Assembly (NCBI GenBank): GCA_026709815.1
Contig: JAPOSH010000055.1
Span: 4,363 to 68,362 of the forward strand
DNA from: a bacterium
Lineage (GTDB): Bacteria > Actinomycetota > Acidimicrobiia > Acidimicrobiales > Bin134
Direction: 5' to 3'
DNA: 64,000 nt
The notes beneath the pieces are model-generated. The model did not search any database. It had not been told where the DNA came from and saw only the letters and a program-made list of their open reading frames with translations. Numbering within the stretch: position 1 is the stretch's first letter; every line of letters starts with the position of its first letter. A program made the translations under genes and the position numbers. Positions 37,433 through 46,526 of the stretch are shown piece by piece.

Positions 37433-38317
37433 TCAATGCCGCCGGCGGAGGCGGCGGGCGTGGGCTTCAAGCTGTTTGCGCTGCTTGCGGGTGAGGCTGT
37501 CCAACCCTTGGCTGGCCACCTGATCGAGCAGGGCATCGATCTCGGGGGAGACCGACTCGTCACGGGTTGGGACGGCCCGCAGATAGTCGCGACTCCGAGA
37601 CCGGCGACGAGACTTTGCGCGGTCAGCGCGAGCCGACGATTGCCTGGAGCTCGGCGCCAGCGAAAGTTTGGGAATCCATGTGAGGTTGGTGGCGTAGCCG
37701 AACGCCCGAATGCCCAGCAGAGCCACCGACACCGTGCAGGCCAGCACGATGAGCGAATACTCGTCTCGGTTGCCGAGAGCCTGGAGGGTATCGAGCCCGA
37801 CGACGACCACCGCGATGACCCACCCGGGGATGCCGGGCCAGAACCGGGCCTGGGCGTACTGGGCGGCGAAGGCCACCAACACCCCGACTTCCACCATTCG
37901 CAGGCCCGCCGCATAGCCATCTATGCCGGCTGCTGCCTCCACCGCAGTCACGATCACGGAAGGGACGAGCGTCAGGCAAACGAGGAAGAACGCGAACCGC
38001 CAGCGCCCCAGCAGCGATTCAAGCTGAGATCCCAACATGTAGAAGATGGCGAACAAGATGATCGTCCAGAAATCGGGTTCGTTGGGGATGGGCCAGGTAA
38101 TCAGCCGCCAGACGTCTCCTTCCTGCACGCTTCCGAGCGAGTAGCTCTCCGAAACCAGCACCAACTCGCGAAAAATGGGCCCGAACCGGCCTTCAACCCC
38201 CCAGATGATCATGGAAACCACACCGAGGCCGACCACAAAAGCGGTGGTCGACACCGGAAATCCCCCAATGCGGAACCAGGGGTCATCGCTGTAGCCGAAG
38301 CGCCTCGAGAAGTGCAT
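37433..38317 (-). CDS. rhomboid-like polytopic membrane protein (catalytic residues not evident) with basic coiled C-terminal tail
   Basis: 294 aa. GDVWRLITWP...YMLGSQLESLLGRWRF resembles the rhomboid WR / GxxLE region, but I cannot find a GxSG serine or the TM6 His by eye. C-terminal tail: SPEIDALLDQVASQGLDSLTRKQRKQLE. Confidence 0.55.
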   Translation of the reverse strand: MHFSRRFGYSDDPWFRIGGFPVSTTAFVVGLGVVSMIIWGVEGRFGPIFRELVLVSESYSLGSVQEGDVWRLITWPIPNEPDFWTIILFAIFYMLGSQLESLLGRWRFAFFLVCLTLVPSVIVTAVEAAAGIDGYAAGLRMVEVGVLVAFAAQYAQARFWPGIPGWVIAVVVVGLDTLQALGNRDEYSLIVLACTVSVALLGIRAFGYATNLTWIPKLSLAPSSRQSSARADRAKSRRRSRSRDYLRAVPTRDESVSPEIDALLDQVASQGLDSLTRKQRKQLEAHARRLRRRH

Positions 38318-38320
38318 GGT

Positions 38321-40213
38321 CTATTGGTGGCGCATGGCGTGGGCCAGTTCGGCGTCGAAGTCGAGTGGGGGCAGCGGGCCGGTTTCGATGATGAGCGATG
38401 CCAGGGCGGCGGGGGCTTCGAAGGGCGGCTGGTAGTCGTCGCACACGGGGAAGGGGCGGCTATAGCCCACGGTGAGAAAGGCGCCGTCGGGGGACCAGTT
38501 CGCGGGCAGGGGGACCGGTTGGGCGCCAGCGCCGATGTCGGCGCCGTCGGCAATGAGCGTCACGGTGAAAAGGCCGCCGGCGGCGGGGGCCAGCACTGCG
38601 CTCAGCAGCCGGGTGCCGGCAGGCGCGAGGGCGGCGGCCCGGTACTGGCGCCCGTGCACCACCGCGGTCCATCGGAGCTCGCCGCCGGCCAAAAACATCG
38701 CCCAGCCGGAAGTCCAGTCGCCCTGCTCGCAGATGATGCCGGCGGCGGCTGCGGGCAATCCGCCGGGAAAAGCGGCGGTGGCTCGGTAACCGCCGAACTG
38801 CACCGGGCCGGAGGTTTCGTGCACCCGGTCGCCGGGCCGCAGCTCGTAACGAGACCGCAGCGACATCCACGGGACGTACATGTGGGCGATCCGGTTCACC
38901 GAGGTGTCGTCAATGGGCAAAACCCCATTGCGATCGGCCTCGGCATGCCACAGATCCACCAGTTCAGCAACCTTCTCGGGGTGTTGGCCGGCCAGATTCT
39001 GCGACTCGGTGGGATCGGTCACGGTGTCGAACAGCTCCCAGCGGTCGTCGGCGAAGTCATGGCTGCCCGCGATGGCGTTCCGGTCGGCGGCGGTGAGCTG
39101 GTTGACGTGGTTGGTGACCGCCTTCCAGCCCTGGTGGTACATGGCCCGGCTGCCCCAGCACTCGTAATACTGGCTGGCGCGGTGGTCGGGAGAGCCGGCA
39201 TCGTCGAGCACGGTCCTCATGCTGACGCCGTCGAAGGACATCTGCTCCACCCCGCCGAACACGGTCGGGGGCTGCACCCCGGCCAGATCCAGAATGGTGG
39301 GCATCACGTCGGTGACGTGGGCGTACTGGTGGCGCAGCTCTCCCCGGGCGGCGATGCGGGCCGGGTCGATCTCATCCCAGGGCTCGACCCACTCCGGCCG
39401 GGCCGACAACGCCACATCGGTGGCCACGATTCCCATGTCCTTCTGGCGGCCCAGCACTTCATCACGCCACACGTCCCACCCCCCGTCGAACCGCCCTGCG
39501 TAGCGGTCGATCCACTCCTGCGGCGCCTGATGGGGAGCGTGAGGCGTGCCGGTGGCGTACCACATCATGAACGGCCGATCAGGATCGGCCAGCCGCAGGC
39601 CGCGCAGATAGGCGATGGCCTGATCGGCCAGATCGGCGTCGAGGTGATACCCCTGCTCCGGCGCGGCCGGCGGCTCGACATAGGTCTGATCCCGTACCAG
39701 CTGCGGAGTCCAGTTGTTGGTCTGGCCGTTGAGGAATCCGTAGTAGCGGTCGAAGCCCACCCCGGTGGGCCACATGCGATACGGGCCGGCCGGCCGCTGG
39801 TCCCGGGGCGTGAGATGCCACTTCCCCACTGCGAAAGTAGCCCAACCCGCAGCTCCCAGATACTGGGCCAGCGTCCCCGCGGAATCGGGGATCTGGCCGT
39901 TGTAGCCGGGGAAGTTCACCGGCAAATCAGTGAGCATGCCCACTCCCACCCGATGGTGATTGCGCCCCGTCAGCAGACAAGCCCGAGTGGGAGAGCAGAT
40001 CGCGGTGGTATGGAAATTGGTGAACCGCAGACCCCGAGCGGCCAAACCGTCCAAATGAGGCGTGTCGATGTCAGAGCCATAACACCCCAGCTGGGCGAAA
40101 CCCAGATCATCCAACACGATCACCAGCACACTCGGCGAACCGGCATCATACGGCCGCGGCACCGGCGGCGACGACGACTCGGCCAAAGTAAGCCCCACTC
40201 GATACCCCGTCAT
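38321..40213 (-). CDS. arylsulfatase (formylglycine-dependent sulfatase family)
   Basis: 630 aa. LVIVLDDLGF and CSPTRACLLTGRNHH (the CxPxR FGly motif followed by LTGR). Confidence 0.85.
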   Translation of the reverse strand: MTGYRVGLTLAESSSPPVPRPYDAGSPSVLVIVLDDLGFAQLGCYGSDIDTPHLDGLAARGLRFTNFHTTAICSPTRACLLTGRNHHRVGVGMLTDLPVNFPGYNGQIPDSAGTLAQYLGAAGWATFAVGKWHLTPRDQRPAGPYRMWPTGVGFDRYYGFLNGQTNNWTPQLVRDQTYVEPPAAPEQGYHLDADLADQAIAYLRGLRLADPDRPFMMWYATGTPHAPHQAPQEWIDRYAGRFDGGWDVWRDEVLGRQKDMGIVATDVALSARPEWVEPWDEIDPARIAARGELRHQYAHVTDVMPTILDLAGVQPPTVFGGVEQMSFDGVSMRTVLDDAGSPDHRASQYYECWGSRAMYHQGWKAVTNHVNQLTAADRNAIAGSHDFADDRWELFDTVTDPTESQNLAGQHPEKVAELVDLWHAEADRNGVLPIDDTSVNRIAHMYVPWMSLRSRYELRPGDRVHETSGPVQFGGYRATAAFPGGLPAAAAGIICEQGDWTSGWAMFLAGGELRWTAVVHGRQYRAAALAPAGTRLLSAVLAPAAGGLFTVTLIADGADIGAGAQPVPLPANWSPDGAFLTVGYSRPFPVCDDYQPPFEAPAALASLIIETGPLPPLDFDAELAHAMRHQ

Positions 40214-40243
40214 CAGATCAAAAGATAGGCCATAGCCGATGCG

Positions 40244-41908
40244 CTAAGACGAGATGAGCTGAAACCCCTCGTAGCCGGCGGCGGCCACTTGATCGCACTT
40301 CTCGGCGTAGGGGGGGAAACCGGGCAGGGGCATGAACACTCGGGTCTTGCCGGGGATGTTGGCCCCCAGGTACCAGGAGTTGCAGGTGGGGTAAAGCGTG
40401 TAGCTGGCCACCAGGTTCACATGGTCCACCCAGGCTTCGGCAGCCTCCTCGGAGGCTTCGATGTGGCGGTGGCCCTTGGCCCGCATGTAGCTGATGCAGT
40501 CGCCGATCCAATCCACATGCTGCTCGATGCACACGATCATGTTGGCCAGCACCGAGGGGCTGCCCGGACCGGTGATGGTGAACATGTTGGGAAAACCGGG
40601 CACGCTCAGGCCCAGGTAGGTGCGGGGGCCGGCGTGCCACTGCTCGGCCAATGAAAGCCCGCCGCGACCGCAGACGTCGATGCGGAGCAGCGAGCCGGTC
40701 ATGGCGTCATACCCGGTGGCGAACACGATCACATCGAGGTCGTGCTCGGTCCCGTCGGCGGTGCACAGGCCGCGGGAGGTGATCTCGGCGATGGTGTTCT
40801 CGCTGATGTCCACCAGGGCGACGTTGTCGCGGTTGTAGGTCGCGAAGTAGTCGGTGTCGAGCACCAGCCGCTTGCAGCCGATGTAAGTGGTGGGGATCAG
40901 CCGCTCGGCCACCTCGGGATCGGTGACCGTCTCACGGATTTTGGCCTTCACGAAATCAGCGGCCACATGATTGGCCTCGGGATTGCGGGCAATGTCGCCG
41001 TAGGCGCCGAGAAAGGCGAAGCCGCCGATCTCCCAGCGGGCGTCGAACTCCTTGAACGCCTCGGTTGCTTCGACGTCGAGCACTGAGCCCTCGTTCCAGT
41101 CGAACCGGGCGCCCAGCGCACCCTGCTGGGCTTTGTTCTTCTCCCGCAACCTGCGGTATTCGGCCTTGACCTGCGCCTGCTCTTTCGGGTCGAGGGGGTG
41201 GTTTCGGGCCGGAATGGCGTATTGAGGCGTGCGCTGGAACACGGTGAGGTGCTCGGCTGTCTCCGCTATCACCGGGATGGCCTGAATGCCCGAGGAGCCG
41301 GTGCCGATCACCCCCACCCGCTTGCCGGCGAAGTCGATGCCCTCCTTGGGATAGCGGCCGGTGTGGCACACCTCGCCCGCGAAGGTGTCGATGCCCGAGA
41401 TGTCGGGGACGTTGGAAGACGACAGGCAGCCCACCGCGCAGATGAGGTAGTCAGCGGCCACCAGATCGGTGGTCGCCCCGGCCGGGGCGTGGTTGTGGTC
41501 GATGTGGTCGATGGCGGCCGCGCTGCTGACGAGCCAGCGGCCGGTGCGGTCGTCGAAGGCCGCCCTGGTGACCTTGGTGTTGAACTGGATATCCTGATAC
41601 AGGTCGTAGCGCTCGGCCACGTGCTGGGCGTAACGGAGGATCTCAGGCTGCGCCGGATAGCGCTCGGTCCACTCCCACTCCTGCGCCAGCTCAGGATCGA
41701 AGCTGTAGCAGTACTCCAGGCTCTCCACATCACAACGGGCACCGGGATAGCGATTCCAGTACCAGGTGCCGCCCACGTCGTCGCCGGTCTCATAGACCTT
41801 GGCGGACAGCCCCAACCGGCGAAGCTTGTACAGCATGTAGATGCCCGCAAATCCAGCACCGATGACCACGGCGTCGTAGTGAACGAGGTCTTGGGTGTCG
41901 GCGGTCAC
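40244..41908 (-). CDS. Baeyer-Villiger (cyclohexanone-type) flavin monooxygenase
   Basis: YDAVVIGAGFAG (FAD), GGTWYWNRYPGARCD, FAGEVCHTGRYP (BVMO fingerprint FxGxxxHxxx[W/Y]P), GTGSSG (NADPH). Start trimmed to the GTG at 41908, after the P450 stop at 41940. Confidence 0.85.
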   Translation of the reverse strand: MTADTQDLVHYDAVVIGAGFAGIYMLYKLRRLGLSAKVYETGDDVGGTWYWNRYPGARCDVESLEYCYSFDPELAQEWEWTERYPAQPEILRYAQHVAERYDLYQDIQFNTKVTRAAFDDRTGRWLVSSAAAIDHIDHNHAPAGATTDLVAADYLICAVGCLSSSNVPDISGIDTFAGEVCHTGRYPKEGIDFAGKRVGVIGTGSSGIQAIPVIAETAEHLTVFQRTPQYAIPARNHPLDPKEQAQVKAEYRRLREKNKAQQGALGARFDWNEGSVLDVEATEAFKEFDARWEIGGFAFLGAYGDIARNPEANHVAADFVKAKIRETVTDPEVAERLIPTTYIGCKRLVLDTDYFATYNRDNVALVDISENTIAEITSRGLCTADGTEHDLDVIVFATGYDAMTGSLLRIDVCGRGGLSLAEQWHAGPRTYLGLSVPGFPNMFTITGPGSPSVLANMIVCIEQHVDWIGDCISYMRAKGHRHIEASEEAAEAWVDHVNLVASYTLYPTCNSWYLGANIPGKTRVFMPLPGFPPYAEKCDQVAAAGYEGFQLISS

Positions 41909-41939
41909 GGATATGGGAAGGTGGACTCGAACGGAAGGG

Positions 41940-43193
41940 TCAGGCGGCGGGACGCAGCTTGTAGCGAACCGGCAGCTTCTTGGCGCCGACGATGAGATTG
42001 GACTCAGTGCGAACCACCGGCCCCGCGGGCTCGATCTCAACCACCCGTTCGGCCAACTGGGTGATGAGCGCCTGGGTGCTGGCCCGAGCCAAATGCGCGC
42101 CCAGGCAATAGTGCTCGGCCCAGCCGAATCCCAGATGGCGGTTGGGGTGGCGACCGATGTCAAAATCATGGGGCCGGTCGAACACCGTCTCGTCCCGATT
42201 GCCCGAGGCGTAGAACAGCACCAAGAAGTCGCCTTCTTTCACTGGCTGCCCGGCGACGGTGACGTCGGCGAGGGCAGTGCGCTTCATGTAGTTGACCGGC
42301 GCAGACCAGCGGATGACCTCTTCCACCGCGCTTTTGGCCAGCTCCGGATTCTCTCTGAGGCGCTGAAACTGATCGGGGTAGGCTAAGAACGCCTCAAGCG
42401 CGCCCGAAAGGCCGTTGCGAGTGGTGTCGTGTCCGGCCACGAACACGATGAGGTAGTAGCCAAACGTCTCAATCACGCCCAGCGGCTCGCCCGTCGGGAG
42501 ATGGGCATGGGCGAGCATGGAGGCTAAATCTTGGGTGGGGTTCGTCCTGCGGTCTTTGATGATGCGGTCGAACATGGCGTAGAACTCCATGCCCACTTCC
42601 TGGCTGGCCTCATAGCGGCTGCCGGCTGATCGGCGATAGTCGGGGTCATCGCCGGCCAGCAGCTGCTGGGTGAGCACCAGGAGGCGCTCCTCGTCCTCGC
42701 GGTCGATGCCCAAGATGGTGGCCAGCACGCGCAGCGGATGACGCTGGGCGATGATGTCCACAAAATCGCATTCGCCCTCGTCACCGAGGCTGTCGAGCAG
42801 GGCTTTGGCGCTGTCGTTGACGATCTGGTCAAGTTGGCTGATTCCCCGAGGGGTGAAGAAGCCGCTGGCCACTTTGCGGTAGAGCCGGTGATCGGGCGGA
42901 TCCATGCTGATGATGGTGCGCATGTTGACCACGATGCTCTCGCCCTTCGCCTGGTCGGCCACCTGCTGGTCGCTGAGCACCGTGATGTTGCCGGCCTCGT
43001 TGCTGAACAGCTCGGGCTGGGTGGAAACCTCAATGATGTCGGCGTGGCGGGTGACGGCCCAGAAGTTCTGAAAGCCGTCGGGCTCGCACCAGTGCACAGG
43101 GAAGCTTTGGCGCATCTGGGTCAACAGCTCATGGGGTTGGCCGTTCTGGCCGTAGCGCTGGGGCGAGATGAGATCGAGAGGATCGACGTCCAC
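41940..43193 (-). CDS. cytochrome P450
   Basis: 417 aa. AGHDTT (I-helix), EEVIRW (ExxR) and the heme loop FGWAEHYCLGAHLAR. Confidence 0.9.
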   Translation of the reverse strand: MDVDPLDLISPQRYGQNGQPHELLTQMRQSFPVHWCEPDGFQNFWAVTRHADIIEVSTQPELFSNEAGNITVLSDQQVADQAKGESIVVNMRTIISMDPPDHRLYRKVASGFFTPRGISQLDQIVNDSAKALLDSLGDEGECDFVDIIAQRHPLRVLATILGIDREDEERLLVLTQQLLAGDDPDYRRSAGSRYEASQEVGMEFYAMFDRIIKDRRTNPTQDLASMLAHAHLPTGEPLGVIETFGYYLIVFVAGHDTTRNGLSGALEAFLAYPDQFQRLRENPELAKSAVEEVIRWSAPVNYMKRTALADVTVAGQPVKEGDFLVLFYASGNRDETVFDRPHDFDIGRHPNRHLGFGWAEHYCLGAHLARASTQALITQLAERVVEIEPAGPVVRTESNLIVGAKKLPVRYKLRPAA

Positions 43194-43216
43194 GCTGCAA
43201 ACGTTAGTGCAACCCC

Positions 43217-44335
43217 TTACCGGCTCAATATTCCACTGCGCTGGATTATGTCCTCTGAGCCTTCGAAACCGCCGCCTAGAGCATCGAAATCCACCGAGCC
43301 GATGGACAGAGCGGAGAGCGGGGGCAAGACGGGGTTGGGCTCGACGCCCGCCGCGAGGGGGTACTCATAAGTGTTCGAGGTGAAGTAGCGCTGCGCCGGC
43401 GCTGACAGCAGGTAGGCGATGAGGCTTTGGGCTGCTGGCCGGTCGGCCGCATTCTTGGTCATGGTGGCTGCCGTGATAACCAGCAGCGATCCGATGTCCT
43501 GATCGGCCAGGTCGTAGTTGGCCGCACGATGATCCTGTCCAGCCGACTCGGCGTCGGCGGCCAGCCGGTAGTTGTAGTAGTGGTTGACCAGACCCATATC
43601 GATCTCACCCCTGGCCACGGCCTCCACGATGGCCACATTGTTGGGGTAGTAGCGAGCGTCGTTGGCCACCATGTCGCGCAGCCACCCGGTGGCCTCGTCA
43701 TCGCCGTACTGGTCGCGGAACACCGTGAACCAGTCCACAAACGATCCGTTGGTGGCCGGTATGGCCACCCGCCCCCGCCACTTTGGCCCCGTGAGGTCGA
43801 AAACCGAGGAGGGCAAGTCCGAGGAGGGCACGGTGTCGAGGTTGTGGACCAGCACCCGCTTGCGGCCAGAGAACCCGATCCAGGTGCCGCTGTCCCCCCG
43901 GTGGTCATCGTCAACCAGATTCAGCACGCTGGAGTCCATGGAGCTGAGCAGGCCCTTCGACTCCAAGAACCCCACCGGACCGGGCGAGCGTGAAATGAAC
44001 ACATCGGCTTCAGTTCGGTCGCCTTCGGTGTCGACCAAAAGGGCCAAGTCGGTGGAGGAGCCCCAGCGAACCCGGACCGATATGCCGCTCTCGCAGGCGA
44101 ACGCGTCATACACGGGCTTCATCAGGTTCTCGCTCCGACCGGAGTAGACGGTGACCGACGAACCGGTGTCGTCGGCGCAGTCGCCGTCGTAGACAGTGGC
44201 GGCGACGCCCTCGAGTTTCGTGCCGCCGCCGCAAGCCGCAGCCAACAAGGCCAATGCGAGCAGCGGGCCAACCAGGCCGATACGGGGGCTGATGCGGAGG
44301 GGGCTGATACGGGAAATCTTCATCATGGGCGGCAC
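43217..44335 (-). CDS. extracellular solute-binding lipoprotein, family 1 (Fe3+/AfuA-FbpA-like)
   Basis: 372 aa. Lipobox LLAAAC/GGG. VTVYSGRSENLMKPVYDAF...VFISRSPG resembles iron(III)-type SBPs. No permease or ATPase is adjacent. Confidence 0.7.
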   Translation of the reverse strand: MPPMMKISRISPLRISPRIGLVGPLLALALLAAACGGGTKLEGVAATVYDGDCADDTGSSVTVYSGRSENLMKPVYDAFACESGISVRVRWGSSTDLALLVDTEGDRTEADVFISRSPGPVGFLESKGLLSSMDSSVLNLVDDDHRGDSGTWIGFSGRKRVLVHNLDTVPSSDLPSSVFDLTGPKWRGRVAIPATNGSFVDWFTVFRDQYGDDEATGWLRDMVANDARYYPNNVAIVEAVARGEIDMGLVNHYYNYRLAADAESAGQDHRAANYDLADQDIGSLLVITAATMTKNAADRPAAQSLIAYLLSAPAQRYFTSNTYEYPLAAGVEPNPVLPPLSALSIGSVDFDALGGGFEGSEDIIQRSGILSR

Positions 44336-44404
44336 ACCCTACAGTGGTCCGCCCTGGCTATCAAGTTAGCCTAACAATAGATGTGCGGGGATTAGAACCC
44401 CACG

Positions 44405-45625
44405 CTATGCCGCCGGCTTGACCGCCTTCCAGCGCAGCGGCAGCTCGACGTAGCCGTCGATGAGGCTGGAGTGCAGACGGGGCAGGCTGCGGGGATCGTC
44501 CACCCCCAGCTCCAAGCCCTCGAAGCGTCCGATCACAGCCTCGAACATCATCTTGGCCTCCAAGCGGGCGAGCGACGCCCCCAAACAGAAGTGTGGCCCG
44601 CCCGCACCGAAAGCCACATGCCCGCTGGCGTCACGGGTGACGTCGAGGACGTCGGGATCGTCGAAAGCCCGCTCGTCCCGGTTGGCCGAGGAGTACCAGA
44701 TCACCACCGGCTGGCCGGCTTTGATCTCTTTGCCCCCCACCACGGTGTCGCTGCTGGGGCGGCGCACAAACTGCATGACCGGAGTGGTGTAGCGCAACAG
44801 CTCTTCCACCGCGTTCGGAATCAGAGACATATCGTCCCTGAGCAGCTGCATCTGGTCGGGGTTGCGGATCAGCTCCAGCGTCCCCGTGGTGATCAGGTTG
44901 CGGGTGGTCTCCGAGCCGGCGTTTTGGAGCAGCATGAAGAACACGTCGATCTGCATCTGATTGAGCGATTCCCCGTTGATCTCGGCTTCCATCAGCACGC
45001 TGATGAGGTCGTCGTGGGGCTCGGTCTTGCGGATCTCGCACATCTGGTCGGCATAGGCGAACATCGCCGCCCCGGCCGCCGCCATCTCCTCGATGGTGTA
45101 TTTCTCGTCGAACCCGAACGTCGTCTCGGTCCAGTGGAAGACCTGACGGCGGTCTTCTTCGGGCACGCCCACCAAGTCGGCGATCACCTGCAAGGGCAAC
45201 TCCACCGCGATCTCATTGACCATCTCACAGCTCGTTTTGTCCGACACCTGATCCACGAGCCGGTCGACCTGGGCTTGGATCTTGGCCTCCAAATCCCTCA
45301 CCCGACGCGGAGTGAACCCCCGGTTGACCAGCTTTCGCATCTTGGTGTGATCGGGAGGGTCCAGGCTGATGAGGAACTGCGAGTTGGAGCCATCGTCCAC
45401 TGAAGGGGCCCGGTCGCCGGACAGAAACGGATTGGGCTGGTTCTTGAAGCAATCCGAGTCGCGCGACACGCGCTGCACATCGTCGTGGCGGGTGACGTTC
45501 CAGAAGCCGCCCCACACTGGGTGCTCACACCAGAACACCGGCTCGGCATCGCGCATGCGCCGGAAATAGTCGTAGGGAAACCCTGCTTTGAAGGTTTCGG
45601 GATTCCACAACTCCAGTGCTTCCAT
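44405..45625 (-). CDS. cytochrome P450
   Basis: 406 aa. LISLDPPDHTKMRKLV, GSETT, EELLRY (ExxR) and the heme loop FGAGGPHFCLGASLAR. Confidence 0.9.
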   Translation of the reverse strand: MEALELWNPETFKAGFPYDYFRRMRDAEPVFWCEHPVWGGFWNVTRHDDVQRVSRDSDCFKNQPNPFLSGDRAPSVDDGSNSQFLISLDPPDHTKMRKLVNRGFTPRRVRDLEAKIQAQVDRLVDQVSDKTSCEMVNEIAVELPLQVIADLVGVPEEDRRQVFHWTETTFGFDEKYTIEEMAAAGAAMFAYADQMCEIRKTEPHDDLISVLMEAEINGESLNQMQIDVFFMLLQNAGSETTRNLITTGTLELIRNPDQMQLLRDDMSLIPNAVEELLRYTTPVMQFVRRPSSDTVVGGKEIKAGQPVVIWYSSANRDERAFDDPDVLDVTRDASGHVAFGAGGPHFCLGASLARLEAKMMFEAVIGRFEGLELGVDDPRSLPRLHSSLIDGYVELPLRWKAVKPAA

Positions 45626-45643
45626 CTGCGTCTCCTCAACTCC

Positions 45644-46429
45644 CTACTTCGCGGGCTTGCGGCCGACCACGGCGATCGAGACGGTGCTCATCATGACAAA
45701 TCCGGGCTCTCGAACCTGCGCCAGAGCAGTCTCGCCCTCGGTGGGGGTCACCAGTCCAGCCTCCACCAGCCGGGGTATGGCCCGCTCCAGGGCCATGAAC
45801 CACCACTCCCCTTCCGGCTCTTGGGGCCGCATGGCCCACACGTCGCCGACGACGTCGACGTCGAGTGCTCCCAAGTCGCGAAAACGACCCACCAGCTGCA
45901 CCCCATAGTCGGCGTCCCGCCACTGGGTGGTCACCCCCGAGGACACATAGCGGTGGACGGTGGCATAAGGCTCGGGCAGCGACTGCTGGGCGAAAGATCC
46001 GAAGGCGCCGTCCTCGGCCACCAGCCAACCGCCGGGGACCAATGCCTTCCACAGCTTCTCAATCACCTGGTCGCGCTCGGGCAGATGCTGGAGAACAGCG
46101 CGGGCGTGGACGAGGTCGAAGGCCGATTCGGGAACCGGGTCATTCGCCACGTCGTGTTGTTCCACCACCACGTTGGGCAGTGTCGGACAGTGGAACTGGA
46201 GGTCGACATCGGTAGACCACACCGCGCCATCGGGGCCCGTTCGCTTGCCCAGCCAAGCCGACACCGAACCGGCGCCGGCGCCCACCTCCCAGCACCGCCA
46301 ACCGGTGCTCAGCCCCGTGCCATTCAGTATGCGGCGGGTGCGGGGGTCGCGGGCGGTGGCCAGCATCTCAAGGCGGTTGCGCTCGATCTCCACCTCTTCG
46401 TCGCGAACCCCGTATCGATCCTCTGCCAT
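45644..46429 (-). CDS. class I SAM-dependent methyltransferase
   Basis: Trimmed to the ATG at 46429 (MAEDRYGVRDEE...). CWEVGAGAGSVSAWL is the motif I glycine-rich loop, followed by FDLVHARAVLQHL. Confidence 0.75.
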   Translation of the reverse strand: MAEDRYGVRDEEVEIERNRLEMLATARDPRTRRILNGTGLSTGWRCWEVGAGAGSVSAWLGKRTGPDGAVWSTDVDLQFHCPTLPNVVVEQHDVANDPVPESAFDLVHARAVLQHLPERDQVIEKLWKALVPGGWLVAEDGAFGSFAQQSLPEPYATVHRYVSSGVTTQWRDADYGVQLVGRFRDLGALDVDVVGDVWAMRPQEPEGEWWFMALERAIPRLVEAGLVTPTEGETALAQVREPGFVMMSTVSIAVVGRKPAK

Positions 46430-46526
46430 GGGTGCTTCCCCCTGTCTCCGGTGACGACCGCTCAGATCTCGGGCAACCCCGTGCTTGTCCTCTTTCTCCG
46501 GTGGCGGCATAGCGTATCGTCGCATC

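Noticed and set aside
36115-37920. Long N-terminal extensions in track ORFs: 36115..37920, 40244..42169, 22850..23935, 45644..46645 and 16586..17941.
   Set aside because: The extensions overlap the upstream gene or are Pro/Arg/Ser-rich without homology to the family. An internal ATG/GTG restores normal family length and gives tidy start-stop junctions.
44380-44402. A hairpin between the P450 gene (44405) and the SBP gene as a terminator.
   Set aside because: The stem has a mismatch and a wobble outside a 4-bp GC core, and there is no convincing U-tract. The genes are more likely co-transcribed.
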